A stretch of DNA of 54,195 nt from positions 1-54,195 of the IMG/VR virus record IMGVR_UViG_3300020201_000001. One strand, written 5' to 3'. The translations under genes were made by a program, and so were the position numbers. Shown here one piece after another: positions 38,743 to 46,586 of the stretch. The stretch's first letter is position 1. The number at the start of each line of letters is the position of its first letter. The notes beneath the pieces are model-generated. The model did not search any database. It was not told the DNA's origin and saw only the letters and a list, made by a program, of their open reading frames with translations. Origin of the DNA: a virus (Duplodnaviria; Caudoviricetes).

Positions 38743-39299
38743 TGAAAGAATCAACAGAAGACCTCAAAGCTAAAGTATTAGAATTCAAAAAGCAAGAAGC
38801 AAAGTTGGAAAAAGAAATACTGGACAAAAGAGCTGTAATATTGGAATACGAAACGCACATACAGTCCGCAGAATATAAAACGGTGGTATATCCTAAAAAT
38901 CGCACAAAGTATTGGCATATATCCCACGCTTGTGTTGTGTACAGTAAATGGAGCGATACAATTACTGACAAAGACCGTTTCAATAAAGGTAATTACTTTG
39001 CAACTAAACAAGAAGCAGATTTGGCATACGAATGGCAAATATTGAATACGCAAATTCTCAACTCAATTGCAATGTTAAACGAAAAAGATCATTGGGTACT
39101 TGATAGGGAAGATCCCAATCAAAAGAGATGGTTTTTACGTTGGGATAACTGGGATGATTTCCTTTATGGCGAATGCGACGTTAACTCCCCACGTCGTGAG
39201 GATAATCATTATACGTCAAGGGCTGGGATTAAAATACTACGTACGCTACACACAGAAAAAGAATTCAAATTTTGGTTAACTAACAGGAAAAGATGGTGA
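38742..39299 (+). CDS. FKFWLT-family paralog 8
   Basis: Coiled-coil N-terminus, VYP/GNYF and core modules. Confidence 0.88.
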   Translation: MKESTEDLKAKVLEFKKQEAKLEKEILDKRAVILEYETHIQSAEYKTVVYPKNRTKYWHISHACVVYSKWSDTITDKDRFNKGNYFATKQEADLAYEWQILNTQILNSIAMLNEKDHWVLDREDPNQKRWFLRWDNWDDFLYGECDVNSPRREDNHYTSRAGIKILRTLHTEKEFKFWLTNRKRW

Positions 39300-39769
39300 A
39301 AGAATTAGATTCAACCTACAATCAATACATGTCTAAGTGGGAAAACTTTAAAGCAGGGGATAGTGATGAGTTTTACTTCCACGATAAAAAGACAAATCAA
39401 TTAGACTGTGTTGCAAGATTAAACGAAGATGATTGCTTTTTTAAGTTCAGTGGTGGTACATCAAATTTACTTGATGCCATAGCATACATTGAGGCAAACG
39501 GATCAACATCAGCAGAAAAACAAGAATACAATTTGGAGATAGATGTGAACGAAGAACCATTATCATTAGAGAAGTTTAAACTTAAAATCAAACGCTGGAA
39601 TAGTAGAGGCTTTATTGTGCAGTTCTTTTTAGCCAATGGTATGATTGTAGTTGCAAGACATAGACCGTATGGTATAGTAGAGTATAATGGAGCTTACCAA
39701 GCCTTTAACCAAATGACACCATTAGTTGAGGTATTGAAAACTCATTGGAGGAAAGATTGGGAAAAATAA
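39293..39769 (+). CDS. Hypothetical protein
   Basis: Coupled ORF in the early operon. Confidence 0.65.
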   Translation: MVKELDSTYNQYMSKWENFKAGDSDEFYFHDKKTNQLDCVARLNEDDCFFKFSGGTSNLLDAIAYIEANGSTSAEKQEYNLEIDVNEEPLSLEKFKLKIKRWNSRGFIVQFFLANGMIVVARHRPYGIVEYNGAYQAFNQMTPLVEVLKTHWRKDWEK

Positions 39770-39957
39770 TGTACACAGCAGAGTTAAAAGGAACGCTATT
39801 TGACTTTAGATCAGAACCGTGTGCAACAGAAGATGAAGCTGCGGCAATAGCTTTGGAAGTATTAGATGCGGCTGCATTATTATTGACACCAGAAGACTTT
39901 GCATTAATGAACTTAAAAGACAAGATTCAGCTTGTTAGTAGGAGTTACGTTGAGTAG
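39769..39957 (+). CDS. Small acidic hypothetical protein
   Basis: TAATG-coupled start. Confidence 0.55.
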   Translation: MYTAELKGTLFDFRSEPCATEDEAAAIALEVLDAAALLLTPEDFALMNLKDKIQLVSRSYVE

Positions 39958-40192
39958 GATTATCAAATATGTATGGCATAGGAAATATGGCGTAGGCGAA
40001 TTACTTGATGAACAAAAGTCCCGTATGCTTTGTCAAGTAGCATTCTTAAAACCACATAAGATTTATTTAATGAGTACGGAAACTGTGTATGGAATAGGAG
40101 ACTATGAAGATACAGATGAGAACAAAGAGTTAGCAATTAGGAAAGGTAAAAGATTTAAAAAACTATTAGGAGATGTTGAAGATGTTGACTAA
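39950..40192 (+). CDS. Small Tudor-like protein (YVWHRKYGVG)
   Basis: V-x-H-x-x-[FY]-G-x-G motif as in PcrA/UvrD C-terminal domains; AGGAG before TTG 39950. Confidence 0.5.
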   Translation: MSRIIKYVWHRKYGVGELLDEQKSRMLCQVAFLKPHKIYLMSTETVYGIGDYEDTDENKELAIRKGKRFKKLLGDVEDVD

Positions 40193-40661
40193 AATTAACA
40201 TAAGACTACCGGATGAATATGACGAAAATGACTGGATCACTGTAAAGTACATCATAGGTGAAAGCACGAGCTTACTTGTACTAACAAGTTGTAAGAACAA
40301 ACAAAGAGACCTTACCTTCACAGTAGGTGAATTGTTACCTGTTGAAACTAGTGCAGATTTAGTTAAGCAAGTAGTAGAGGCAGCGAATACAGTATTGCAG
40401 AATGGTAGATTAGCAGAGCTGACAGAGTATTTCAAAGCACAAGGATATGTTGATAGGATATGTGCCAGTAAAGCCATACAAGCTATGCTAAAATTATCGT
40501 ATATCAACATCATGAACTTCCCAGAGATACTTGACTGTACCTTCAGTAAGAATGACATGTTAGAGTATGCATCCTTTGTTAGTCAGAATCCAGATTATGA
40601 TTTGTATGATTACATTGATGTATATGAAAGAGTAAATTACAACAGGGCAGAACCATGGTAA
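40173..40661 (+). CDS. Hypothetical protein
   Basis: Overlapping ORF in the early operon. Confidence 0.65.
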   Translation: MLKMLTKINIRLPDEYDENDWITVKYIIGESTSLLVLTSCKNKQRDLTFTVGELLPVETSADLVKQVVEAANTVLQNGRLAELTEYFKAQGYVDRICASKAIQAMLKLSYINIMNFPEILDCTFSKNDMLEYASFVSQNPDYDLYDYIDVYERVNYNRAEPW

Positions 40662-41098
40662 ACAAAGAAAGTCTTTACAATAGAGTGTCAAGTAAATTCT
40701 GCCCTTATGGATCGTGGGACGTCGAAACAGCAATTGACCATTTAGAAACTGCTGGTTTAAACCCTGAAATACTTTACGACATTTGTGCTGATGCAGCAAT
40801 GAATTATGATGTGGTGATTGGGGACTTAGATTGTGTCGCAGAAGTTTATAGACATTTAACAAATATAGCGATTGATGAGTTGCAGTTGTGTACAGAGAAC
40901 TGGGGATGCCCAGAAGATGATTTAAATATTGCTGGTAATTATGTATGTACGTCTTTTGACGTTACAGATAAGACACTTGAAAAACTAAACGAACATTTAA
41001 ACCAGTTAGAAGATTTTGATATTGAAGCCATTAGCCCTGTCGTTAGGTGGCTTTTTGATGAGCTTGATTTTGAATACGAACCAAAGGAAACAGAATAA
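40655..41098 (+). CDS. Highly acidic hypothetical protein, distant paralog of 48658-49149
   Basis: D/E-rich; DLDCVAEVY...AIDELQL and RWLFDEL motifs. Confidence 0.7.
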   Translation: MVNKESLYNRVSSKFCPYGSWDVETAIDHLETAGLNPEILYDICADAAMNYDVVIGDLDCVAEVYRHLTNIAIDELQLCTENWGCPEDDLNIAGNYVCTSFDVTDKTLEKLNEHLNQLEDFDIEAISPVVRWLFDELDFEYEPKETE

Positions 41099-41454
41099 TG
41101 AAATTAATTAAAAAACAACGCAAAATAAAGATTAGAGATTTTAATGTTGCAATTGCTACTTTGACAAAGGCAAGCGAAAAAACCGAATGGAAGAAATTAA
41201 ATAAGAAAATAAAAAAGTCTATTGTTTCGCTTAACAGAGATTGTGCGTGGGTTGTGGATTGGGATAACCTAAAGGAAATGAAAAACCTTGTTATTTGGGA
41301 ACATACAGCAAAATCGACAATAATATTTACTTGCACTGATAAACAATTCGTTGACGATTCGTATTATATGTGTGGAACAGCCGCTAACGAACTTTGCACA
41401 TTATACACGCAAGAAGAGTTCAAATTTTGGATTACTAAGGAGCGAACAAAATGA
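41098..41454 (+). CDS. FKFWLT-family paralog 9
   Basis: Basic N-terminus; WVVDW and LYTQEEFKFWITKE. Confidence 0.85.
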   Translation: MKLIKKQRKIKIRDFNVAIATLTKASEKTEWKKLNKKIKKSIVSLNRDCAWVVDWDNLKEMKNLVIWEHTAKSTIIFTCTDKQFVDDSYYMCGTAANELCTLYTQEEFKFWITKERTK

Positions 41455-41993
41455 AAGAATTAACGATAGAAGAGATAAGCGAGTTATTCATTGCAAGCGG
41501 TGGTTCGGAAGCGTTTATGAAAAAGCTAAATGACAGAATGAATGAACCTGAACCAGTGCCTATTAATTATAAGGCGAGAGTATATCCAAATATGGAGATA
41601 GAGTATTGGTATATCGACCGTCGTCAAGTTGGGAGTTGTACTTGGGCTAATGACGGTGTTGACAAAGCCAGTTTCAATACAGGTAATTACTATGCTACTC
41701 AACAAGAAGCAGATTTGGAATTTGAATGGCGAATATTGAACACGAAAGTCCTTAACACAATCGCTATGTTGAATAAAGAAGAAAATTGGGTAGTGGATTG
41801 GGCAGATGGGAACCAAAGAAAATGGTATTTTGTTTGGGGTGAGACAGATAATGAACTTACATTTAATTGCATTTTTTGTAGACGCACCCAAGAAAACAAT
41901 AAATATCTTTGTGGTAGTGCAAGAAACAAACTACGTGAGCTTTACACAGATAAGCAATTCAAGTTTTGGATCACTAAGGAGAAAGGAAAATGA
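41451..41993 (+). CDS. FKFWLT-family paralog 10
   Basis: All three modules; N-terminus closest to paralog 4. Confidence 0.88.
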   Translation: MKELTIEEISELFIASGGSEAFMKKLNDRMNEPEPVPINYKARVYPNMEIEYWYIDRRQVGSCTWANDGVDKASFNTGNYYATQQEADLEFEWRILNTKVLNTIAMLNKEENWVVDWADGNQRKWYFVWGETDNELTFNCIFCRRTQENNKYLCGSARNKLRELYTDKQFKFWITKEKGK

Positions 41994-42358
41994 TAATGAA
42001 TAATTTAGAAGACATTCACGACAGGAACAAAGAAACCACAAGTAACAAACGACACGAGTATGCACCAGAGGGAGTGAATAGATTAGATAACTTCATACGT
42101 ATTCAAGCATATATTTGGGGTAAATGGCAGATGGATATCCCATTACCTATTATCATTGACATATTAGGTGCAAAGAATTTGATATGCACTGTAGATATTG
42201 TTAAAGCCTTGATGGCTGCAGGTAAAGAAGATTACCATTTATTCGCAACAGAGTATATCAGCGAAAAGTTTGGAGACCCAACAAATTATTTGATGCTTCA
42301 AGAATTATCGGTACACAAAATTAATAACCTATCATTAAACATAAGCGTAAACAAATGA
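41990..42358 (+). CDS. Nucleotide-modification-associated domain (Nmad1/DUF1599-like) protein
   Basis: KRHEYA...LDNF and EKFGDPTNYL resemble the K..DY...NF and D..NY signature. Confidence 0.45.
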   Translation: MIMNNLEDIHDRNKETTSNKRHEYAPEGVNRLDNFIRIQAYIWGKWQMDIPLPIIIDILGAKNLICTVDIVKALMAAGKEDYHLFATEYISEKFGDPTNYLMLQELSVHKINNLSLNISVNK

Positions 42359-42759
42359 AAGCACACAAAGGATTAAGCAGTGCAAAGATAGGTAAAATTG
42401 CAGAACAAAAAACTGCTGGTTACTTCTCACAATATGGTATCATACATACAGTAAGGCAACAAGCGTATGGTACTAATGATATTTTTAATTTATTTGATCA
42501 TATTTTTGTATGTACTACACCTTTCAAACGGGTAGTGTTTGTGAGGGACGGCAGAATTTGGTTAGATAGATTGCTTGCTATTGATAAGGGTGATATACTC
42601 TTTATCCAAACTAAAAACAAACGTGCACCTATACCTTCAGCGGAACTACAGTTCAAACACTTCCCTAAGAATAGCTTATGGGTACATTGGGGTTACGAAT
42701 CACCAACAGTATACTGGATACCAGGATCAATACAAGGAGACATAGATATAAATGGATAA
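42355..42759 (+). CDS. PD-(D/E)xK nuclease, Holliday junction resolvase-like
   Basis: GKIAE, DIFNLFDHI and LFIQTK motifs. Confidence 0.7.
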   Translation: MKAHKGLSSAKIGKIAEQKTAGYFSQYGIIHTVRQQAYGTNDIFNLFDHIFVCTTPFKRVVFVRDGRIWLDRLLAIDKGDILFIQTKNKRAPIPSAELQFKHFPKNSLWVHWGYESPTVYWIPGSIQGDIDING

Positions 42760-42913
42760 TAACAACGAAGAAAGTCCATACGTTTGGCATCAATCGTATG
42801 GCTTAGGCATGACAGTCGAAACGAAACAAAGCCAATGTTTAGTTCAGTTTATAAACGATCAAATTTGGTGTGACTTTGGAACATTAGAAGTCTTACCAAT
42901 AAGCGAAAGATGA
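42752..42913 (+). CDS. 53-aa Tudor-like protein (YVWHQSYGLG), not in the ORF track
   Basis: Translated by hand; AAGGAG upstream; ATGA-coupled to the next gene; similar to 39950-40192. Confidence 0.6.
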   Translation: MDNNNEESPYVWHQSYGLGMTVETKQSQCLVQFINDQIWCDFGTLEVLPISER

Positions 42914-43248
42914 AAGAGCTAAACGGTATTTACACAGTCCAGCGTATTGCACGTACAATTGGATTAATTACCAAACCACAATTTAGAACACACTTAAATA
43001 AGTATTGGCGTGGTGAGGAACTTGCTATCGCCAAACTTATGAAACATAGACATATCATAACCACAGACCATAGATATTTAGCAGTAGGTTATGGTAGTTG
43101 GTTATGGCGTACAGACAGGAATGAATTTAATAAGCAATACAACGCCTATGGCGAGCTATCATTAGCAGAGGTGGAGAAACTTATGTTTACCACCGAAAAA
43201 TACAACACAAGGCGTTTGTGTGCAAAATACATATATGACAGGAGTTAA
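42910..43248 (+). CDS. Basic hypothetical protein
   Basis: Coupled ORF. Confidence 0.6.
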   Translation: MKELNGIYTVQRIARTIGLITKPQFRTHLNKYWRGEELAIAKLMKHRHIITTDHRYLAVGYGSWLWRTDRNEFNKQYNAYGELSLAEVEKLMFTTEKYNTRRLCAKYIYDRS

Positions 43249-43249
43249 T

Positions 43250-43405
43250 ATGGATTACGATAATTGGAAAACAAGTGAGGATAATATACCCAGTCCACAA
43301 GAAGAAGAAGAAAAAGATTACGACCACGAAGCAATGTCATTAACAATGTTATTGATGAGATGCAAGAAAGAAGCGATGGAAGAAACAATTGATAAGGAAA
43401 AATAA
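43250..43405 (+). CDS. Small acidic hypothetical protein (MDYDNWKT)
   Basis: AGGAG RBS before ATG 43250. Confidence 0.6.
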   Translation: MDYDNWKTSEDNIPSPQEEEEKDYDHEAMSLTMLLMRCKKEAMEETIDKEK

Positions 43406-43406
43406 A

Positions 43407-43838
43407 ATGGGAATATCAAAATACAGAGTATTAGCTTACCCTGAAGAATATACAATCTACTGGTACATAGGCGATGAAGTTTATATGGGTACTTGGGAAA
43501 ATGTTGTTGCTGACTTCGCTCGTTTAAAGACAGGCAATTGCTATTTAGACTCAGAAGAAGCAGAATTTGAATTTGAATGGCGATTATTGAATACGAAAAT
43601 TCTCAATTCAATTGCTTTACTTAACAAAGAAGATAATTGGGTTGTGGATTGGAAAAATGGCGAACAAGAAAAATGGTATTATGCTTGGAGTAGAAAAGAT
43701 AGTGTACTCGATGTTGTGTGTGCGAGGTGGACTCAATACGGCAATAATAATGAATATTTCTCTTACGACGCAATACAGATACTACGCACACTTTACACAC
43801 AAGAAGAGTTAAAATTTTGGATTACAAAGGAGAAATAA
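43407..43838 (+). CDS. FKFWLT-family paralog 11
   Basis: AYP/GNCY and core modules; 3' end nearly identical to paralog 2. Confidence 0.88.
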   Translation: MGISKYRVLAYPEEYTIYWYIGDEVYMGTWENVVADFARLKTGNCYLDSEEAEFEFEWRLLNTKILNSIALLNKEDNWVVDWKNGEQEKWYYAWSRKDSVLDVVCARWTQYGNNNEYFSYDAIQILRTLYTQEELKFWITKEK

Positions 43839-43840
43839 CA

Positions 43841-44080
43841 ATGAAACAACTTGAATATTACTTCAGCCATAAGTGGCTTGTTATAATACTACGCTCTTTC
43901 ACACTTGAGATATTGCTGACATTCTTTTTCATTTACTTCGGTAATAGTTGGAACAGTAAGTTATGGAGCGAGCCTGAAAGACAGTACTACGCAGTGTTTA
44001 CGATAATACAAATTTTATTAAACTTAGGACTTTGGTACTTAGAATTTGCCAAAGAATTGGAATTAAAGGAGATTGAATAA
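43841..44080 (+). CDS. Small two-TM membrane protein
   Basis: Two hydrophobic segments; AAGGAG RBS. Confidence 0.65.
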   Translation: MKQLEYYFSHKWLVIILRSFTLEILLTFFFIYFGNSWNSKLWSEPERQYYAVFTIIQILLNLGLWYLEFAKELELKEIE

Positions 44081-44304
44081 TGGAAATTGAAGAACAAAAA
44101 AGAAAAGCAAAAGCAAATGGCGACAAAGCTGTTTATGATTCTTGGGAAGCTGGTATAACGAAAAGAGAGTACTTCGCTGGGTTAAATATGGCTGCATGTA
44201 TTAATAATCCTGATGGTAATACTCTACAGGCTTATAATGATTATGCAATACAAGTAGCTGATGACTTATTATTTCAATTAGCTGAAGACAAAAATAATGA
44301 GTAA
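44080..44304 (+). CDS. Conserved small phage protein (GITKREYFAG...ADDLL family)
   Basis: Recognisable G[LM]T[KL]R[ED]YFA motif with A...AD.LL helix. Confidence 0.7.
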   Translation: MEIEEQKRKAKANGDKAVYDSWEAGITKREYFAGLNMAACINNPDGNTLQAYNDYAIQVADDLLFQLAEDKNNE

Positions 44305-44518
44305 AGAAATAGCTAATCGTTTTCCTGATGCCAAGGAAACGATAAATACAGTAGATACTGGACTGAAGGTTCTATGCCCGTATTGTGGAGAAAGGAACGC
44401 TTCTTTTGAGGGTGGTATTGATATAGATGAATATACTGGCGATATGGAATGTAATTATTGCGACAATAATTTTCGGGTTGAATTAGATGTAAGTGTTAAT
44501 TTCTCAACTTATAAATAG
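44297..44518 (+). CDS. Zinc-ribbon protein, tandem copy 1
   Basis: CPYC...CNYC. Confidence 0.75.
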   Translation: MSKEIANRFPDAKETINTVDTGLKVLCPYCGERNASFEGGIDIDEYTGDMECNYCDNNFRVELDVSVNFSTYK

Positions 44519-44527
44519 AGGCAAACA

Positions 44528-44767
44528 ATGAATGAAGAAAAAGCTAATCGTATCCCTGATGCCAAAGGGGTGATAAACACAGTAAATACTGGGAGTGATG
44601 TTTTCTGCCCAAATTGTGGTAAATTTTGCCTATGGCATTCGGGTCCTAATGATTTACGTGATTTTACCCAAAACATGGAAATGAATTGTCACCATTGTGA
44701 TATTGAATTTTTAGTTAAATTTGTCGTCACTGTTAATTTCTCAACTTATAAAATAAAAATAACATAG
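44528..44767 (+). CDS. Zinc-ribbon protein, tandem copy 2
   Basis: CPNC...CHHC; shares ANRxPDAKxxINTV and VNFSTYK with copy 1. Confidence 0.75.
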   Translation: MNEEKANRIPDAKGVINTVNTGSDVFCPNCGKFCLWHSGPNDLRDFTQNMEMNCHHCDIEFLVKFVVTVNFSTYKIKIT

Positions 44768-44786
44768 GAATAACAAAGAAATAACA

Positions 44787-45065
44787 ATGAATAAACAAGA
44801 AGCACCTAATCATCTTTTCGCAAACCTTAGAAAAAAGATTTACGATGAATACATGGAATCACCCCGTACTATGCTATACAAGCGGATAGCTATTACTAAA
44901 CTTCGCATAACTGATAATGATACAAATTTACTTTCTTTGTTAGATATAATATGTCAAAAGAATATCGCAGTGCGAGAAAATAACAAAGAAAGAGAATGGT
45001 TAGATGAAGAATTAACAAAATTACTGGAGACAAAATATGGACAACCAACAAGTAGCAATAAGTAA
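44787..45065 (+). CDS. Hypothetical helical protein
   Basis: ORF in the operon. Confidence 0.6.
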   Translation: MNKQEAPNHLFANLRKKIYDEYMESPRTMLYKRIAITKLRITDNDTNLLSLLDIICQKNIAVRENNKEREWLDEELTKLLETKYGQPTSSNK

Positions 45066-45663
45066 CACTCCTGGAAACACAGAGTATATCCAAACACTTA
45101 TTGCAGAACAAGTAGGGTTAAGGAATAGACGTACGCCACAACGTAGGCAGTCTAAAGTAGACAAAGGCAATAAAGGTTTCTTTACTTATGTAAAAGGTAT
45201 CAATGCATTAAAATGGCTTGAAGAAAACTTCCTGATAGTTGAATACATTGAACATACAGACAAAATCAATACAACAGCTAATTGGATGTCAGCTCCGCTA
45301 ACTATCACAGTCATTAACCAACATAACGTTAAACGTAGCATCACTCGTAATGGTAGTGTAGAAGCAGTAGCTAAAGATGGCAAGATACTTATATCACCAA
45401 TCAAAGCAGTATTCCAAGACGCTCTTAAACGTTGTTGTGTAGCATTAGGTGGCTTTAGAGACGTATATGGAGAGATAGATGCAGAAGATAACACCAGTAG
45501 CGAACCGGACACAATAGAAGACTTTGACAAAGAGATAATGCCTCTATTGATTGAATTACTAACTGCAGAACAAATGACTACAAACCAACTAAGAATTTTA
45601 TTAAACAAATATTTTTCAAGAGAATTAACTTTTGAAAGAATTCAAGAACTATACAAGGATTAA
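45037..45663 (+). CDS. Rad52/Sak-like single-strand annealing protein
   Basis: FTYV near the N-terminus; KAVFQDALKRCCVALGGFRDVY matches the K.A.TDALKR...G...DLY signature. Confidence 0.8.
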   Translation: MDNQQVAISNTPGNTEYIQTLIAEQVGLRNRRTPQRRQSKVDKGNKGFFTYVKGINALKWLEENFLIVEYIEHTDKINTTANWMSAPLTITVINQHNVKRSITRNGSVEAVAKDGKILISPIKAVFQDALKRCCVALGGFRDVYGEIDAEDNTSSEPDTIEDFDKEIMPLLIELLTAEQMTTNQLRILLNKYFSRELTFERIQELYKD

Positions 45664-45665
45664 TT

Positions 45666-46586
45666 ATGTACGGAATGCCAGAAGAATCAGGTAAAAAATA
45701 TCCAGTCAAGAATGGTGCTATTGTTCAACTAATGATGTTAGGAACAACACAAACTTATCTTTACCTAAAAGCACTTGAGGCAGAAAATGCTTCAAGGAAA
45801 GAAGAAGCTAAGGAGTTAGGCAGACCATTTAAACCATTAAAACCTAACTACAAAGATGGTGGTATGGCAATTAAGTGTGCTATCTTAGCTCAAGATAATG
45901 AAGCAGTACCGTTTAACCAGTCAGCTATTGTATACTTTGAAATGCCTACACCAGATCAAATCTATGCGAAACCTAACGGAGCGTTCAAGTATGAAAAAGG
46001 TGGAACGTTAGTTGCGTACAATGGTAAGCCTAAAATTAGTGCGTTAATACCAAGTGCTAAACCATCTATAATTTACGATGAAGCTACAAACAAACCTATT
46101 TCAATTGATAGCTTAAACTTAGACGATGCTTTGGTTAAAGAGCAGTACAGAGACTTGATAGTATCAGAGGAATACAGAGTAACCGCCTGGGAGAATATCC
46201 TTAAGTATTGGGATAGTGTAACTGAAGCTAAAGCAGTAGAAGATTTAGGTTTGCATTTTGCTAAGTTAAAGTTACTATGCAATCTCACAGATAGTAAAGT
46301 CAATTACATATTACCTAAGTTAGGATTAACGTTTACAGCTCAAGCAGTAATTGCTAATGAATATTTGAACTTTGTAACAATTGATAGATGGAATAAAGAA
46401 ACAAAATCATATACTCTTTATTCAGACTTGAAAGTAACAGAACCTACTACAGAAGACGAAGAATATGCAATTGAGTTAGTAGCTAAAGAAATGGCATTCA
46501 GGAAAGAAGCTATAGCTAAAAAAGCAGTAAAGAAAGACACCCGTAACTTGGATGATGCAAGTAGCTGGGGAGATGATGCCGAATAA
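45666..46586 (+). CDS. Hypothetical replication protein, possibly SSB-like
   Basis: Lies between the annealer and the helicase; acidic aromatic tail DDASSWGDDAE. Confidence 0.4.
   Translation: MYGMPEESGKKYPVKNGAIVQLMMLGTTQTYLYLKALEAENASRKEEAKELGRPFKPLKPNYKDGGMAIKCAILAQDNEAVPFNQSAIVYFEMPTPDQIYAKPNGAFKYEKGGTLVAYNGKPKISALIPSAKPSIIYDEATNKPISIDSLNLDDALVKEQYRDLIVSEEYRVTAWENILKYWDSVTEAKAVEDLGLHFAKLKLLCNLTDSKVNYILPKLGLTFTAQAVIANEYLNFVTIDRWNKETKSYTLYSDLKVTEPTTEDEEYAIELVAKEMAFRKEAIAKKAVKKDTRNLDDASSWGDDAE

Noticed and set aside
33478-43838. Diversity-generating retroelement behind the paralog family
   Set aside because: No reverse transcriptase ORF or non-coding template repeat was seen, and both copies of the 66-bp match are coding. 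The 4 mismatches are too few to show adenine-specific mutagenesis.
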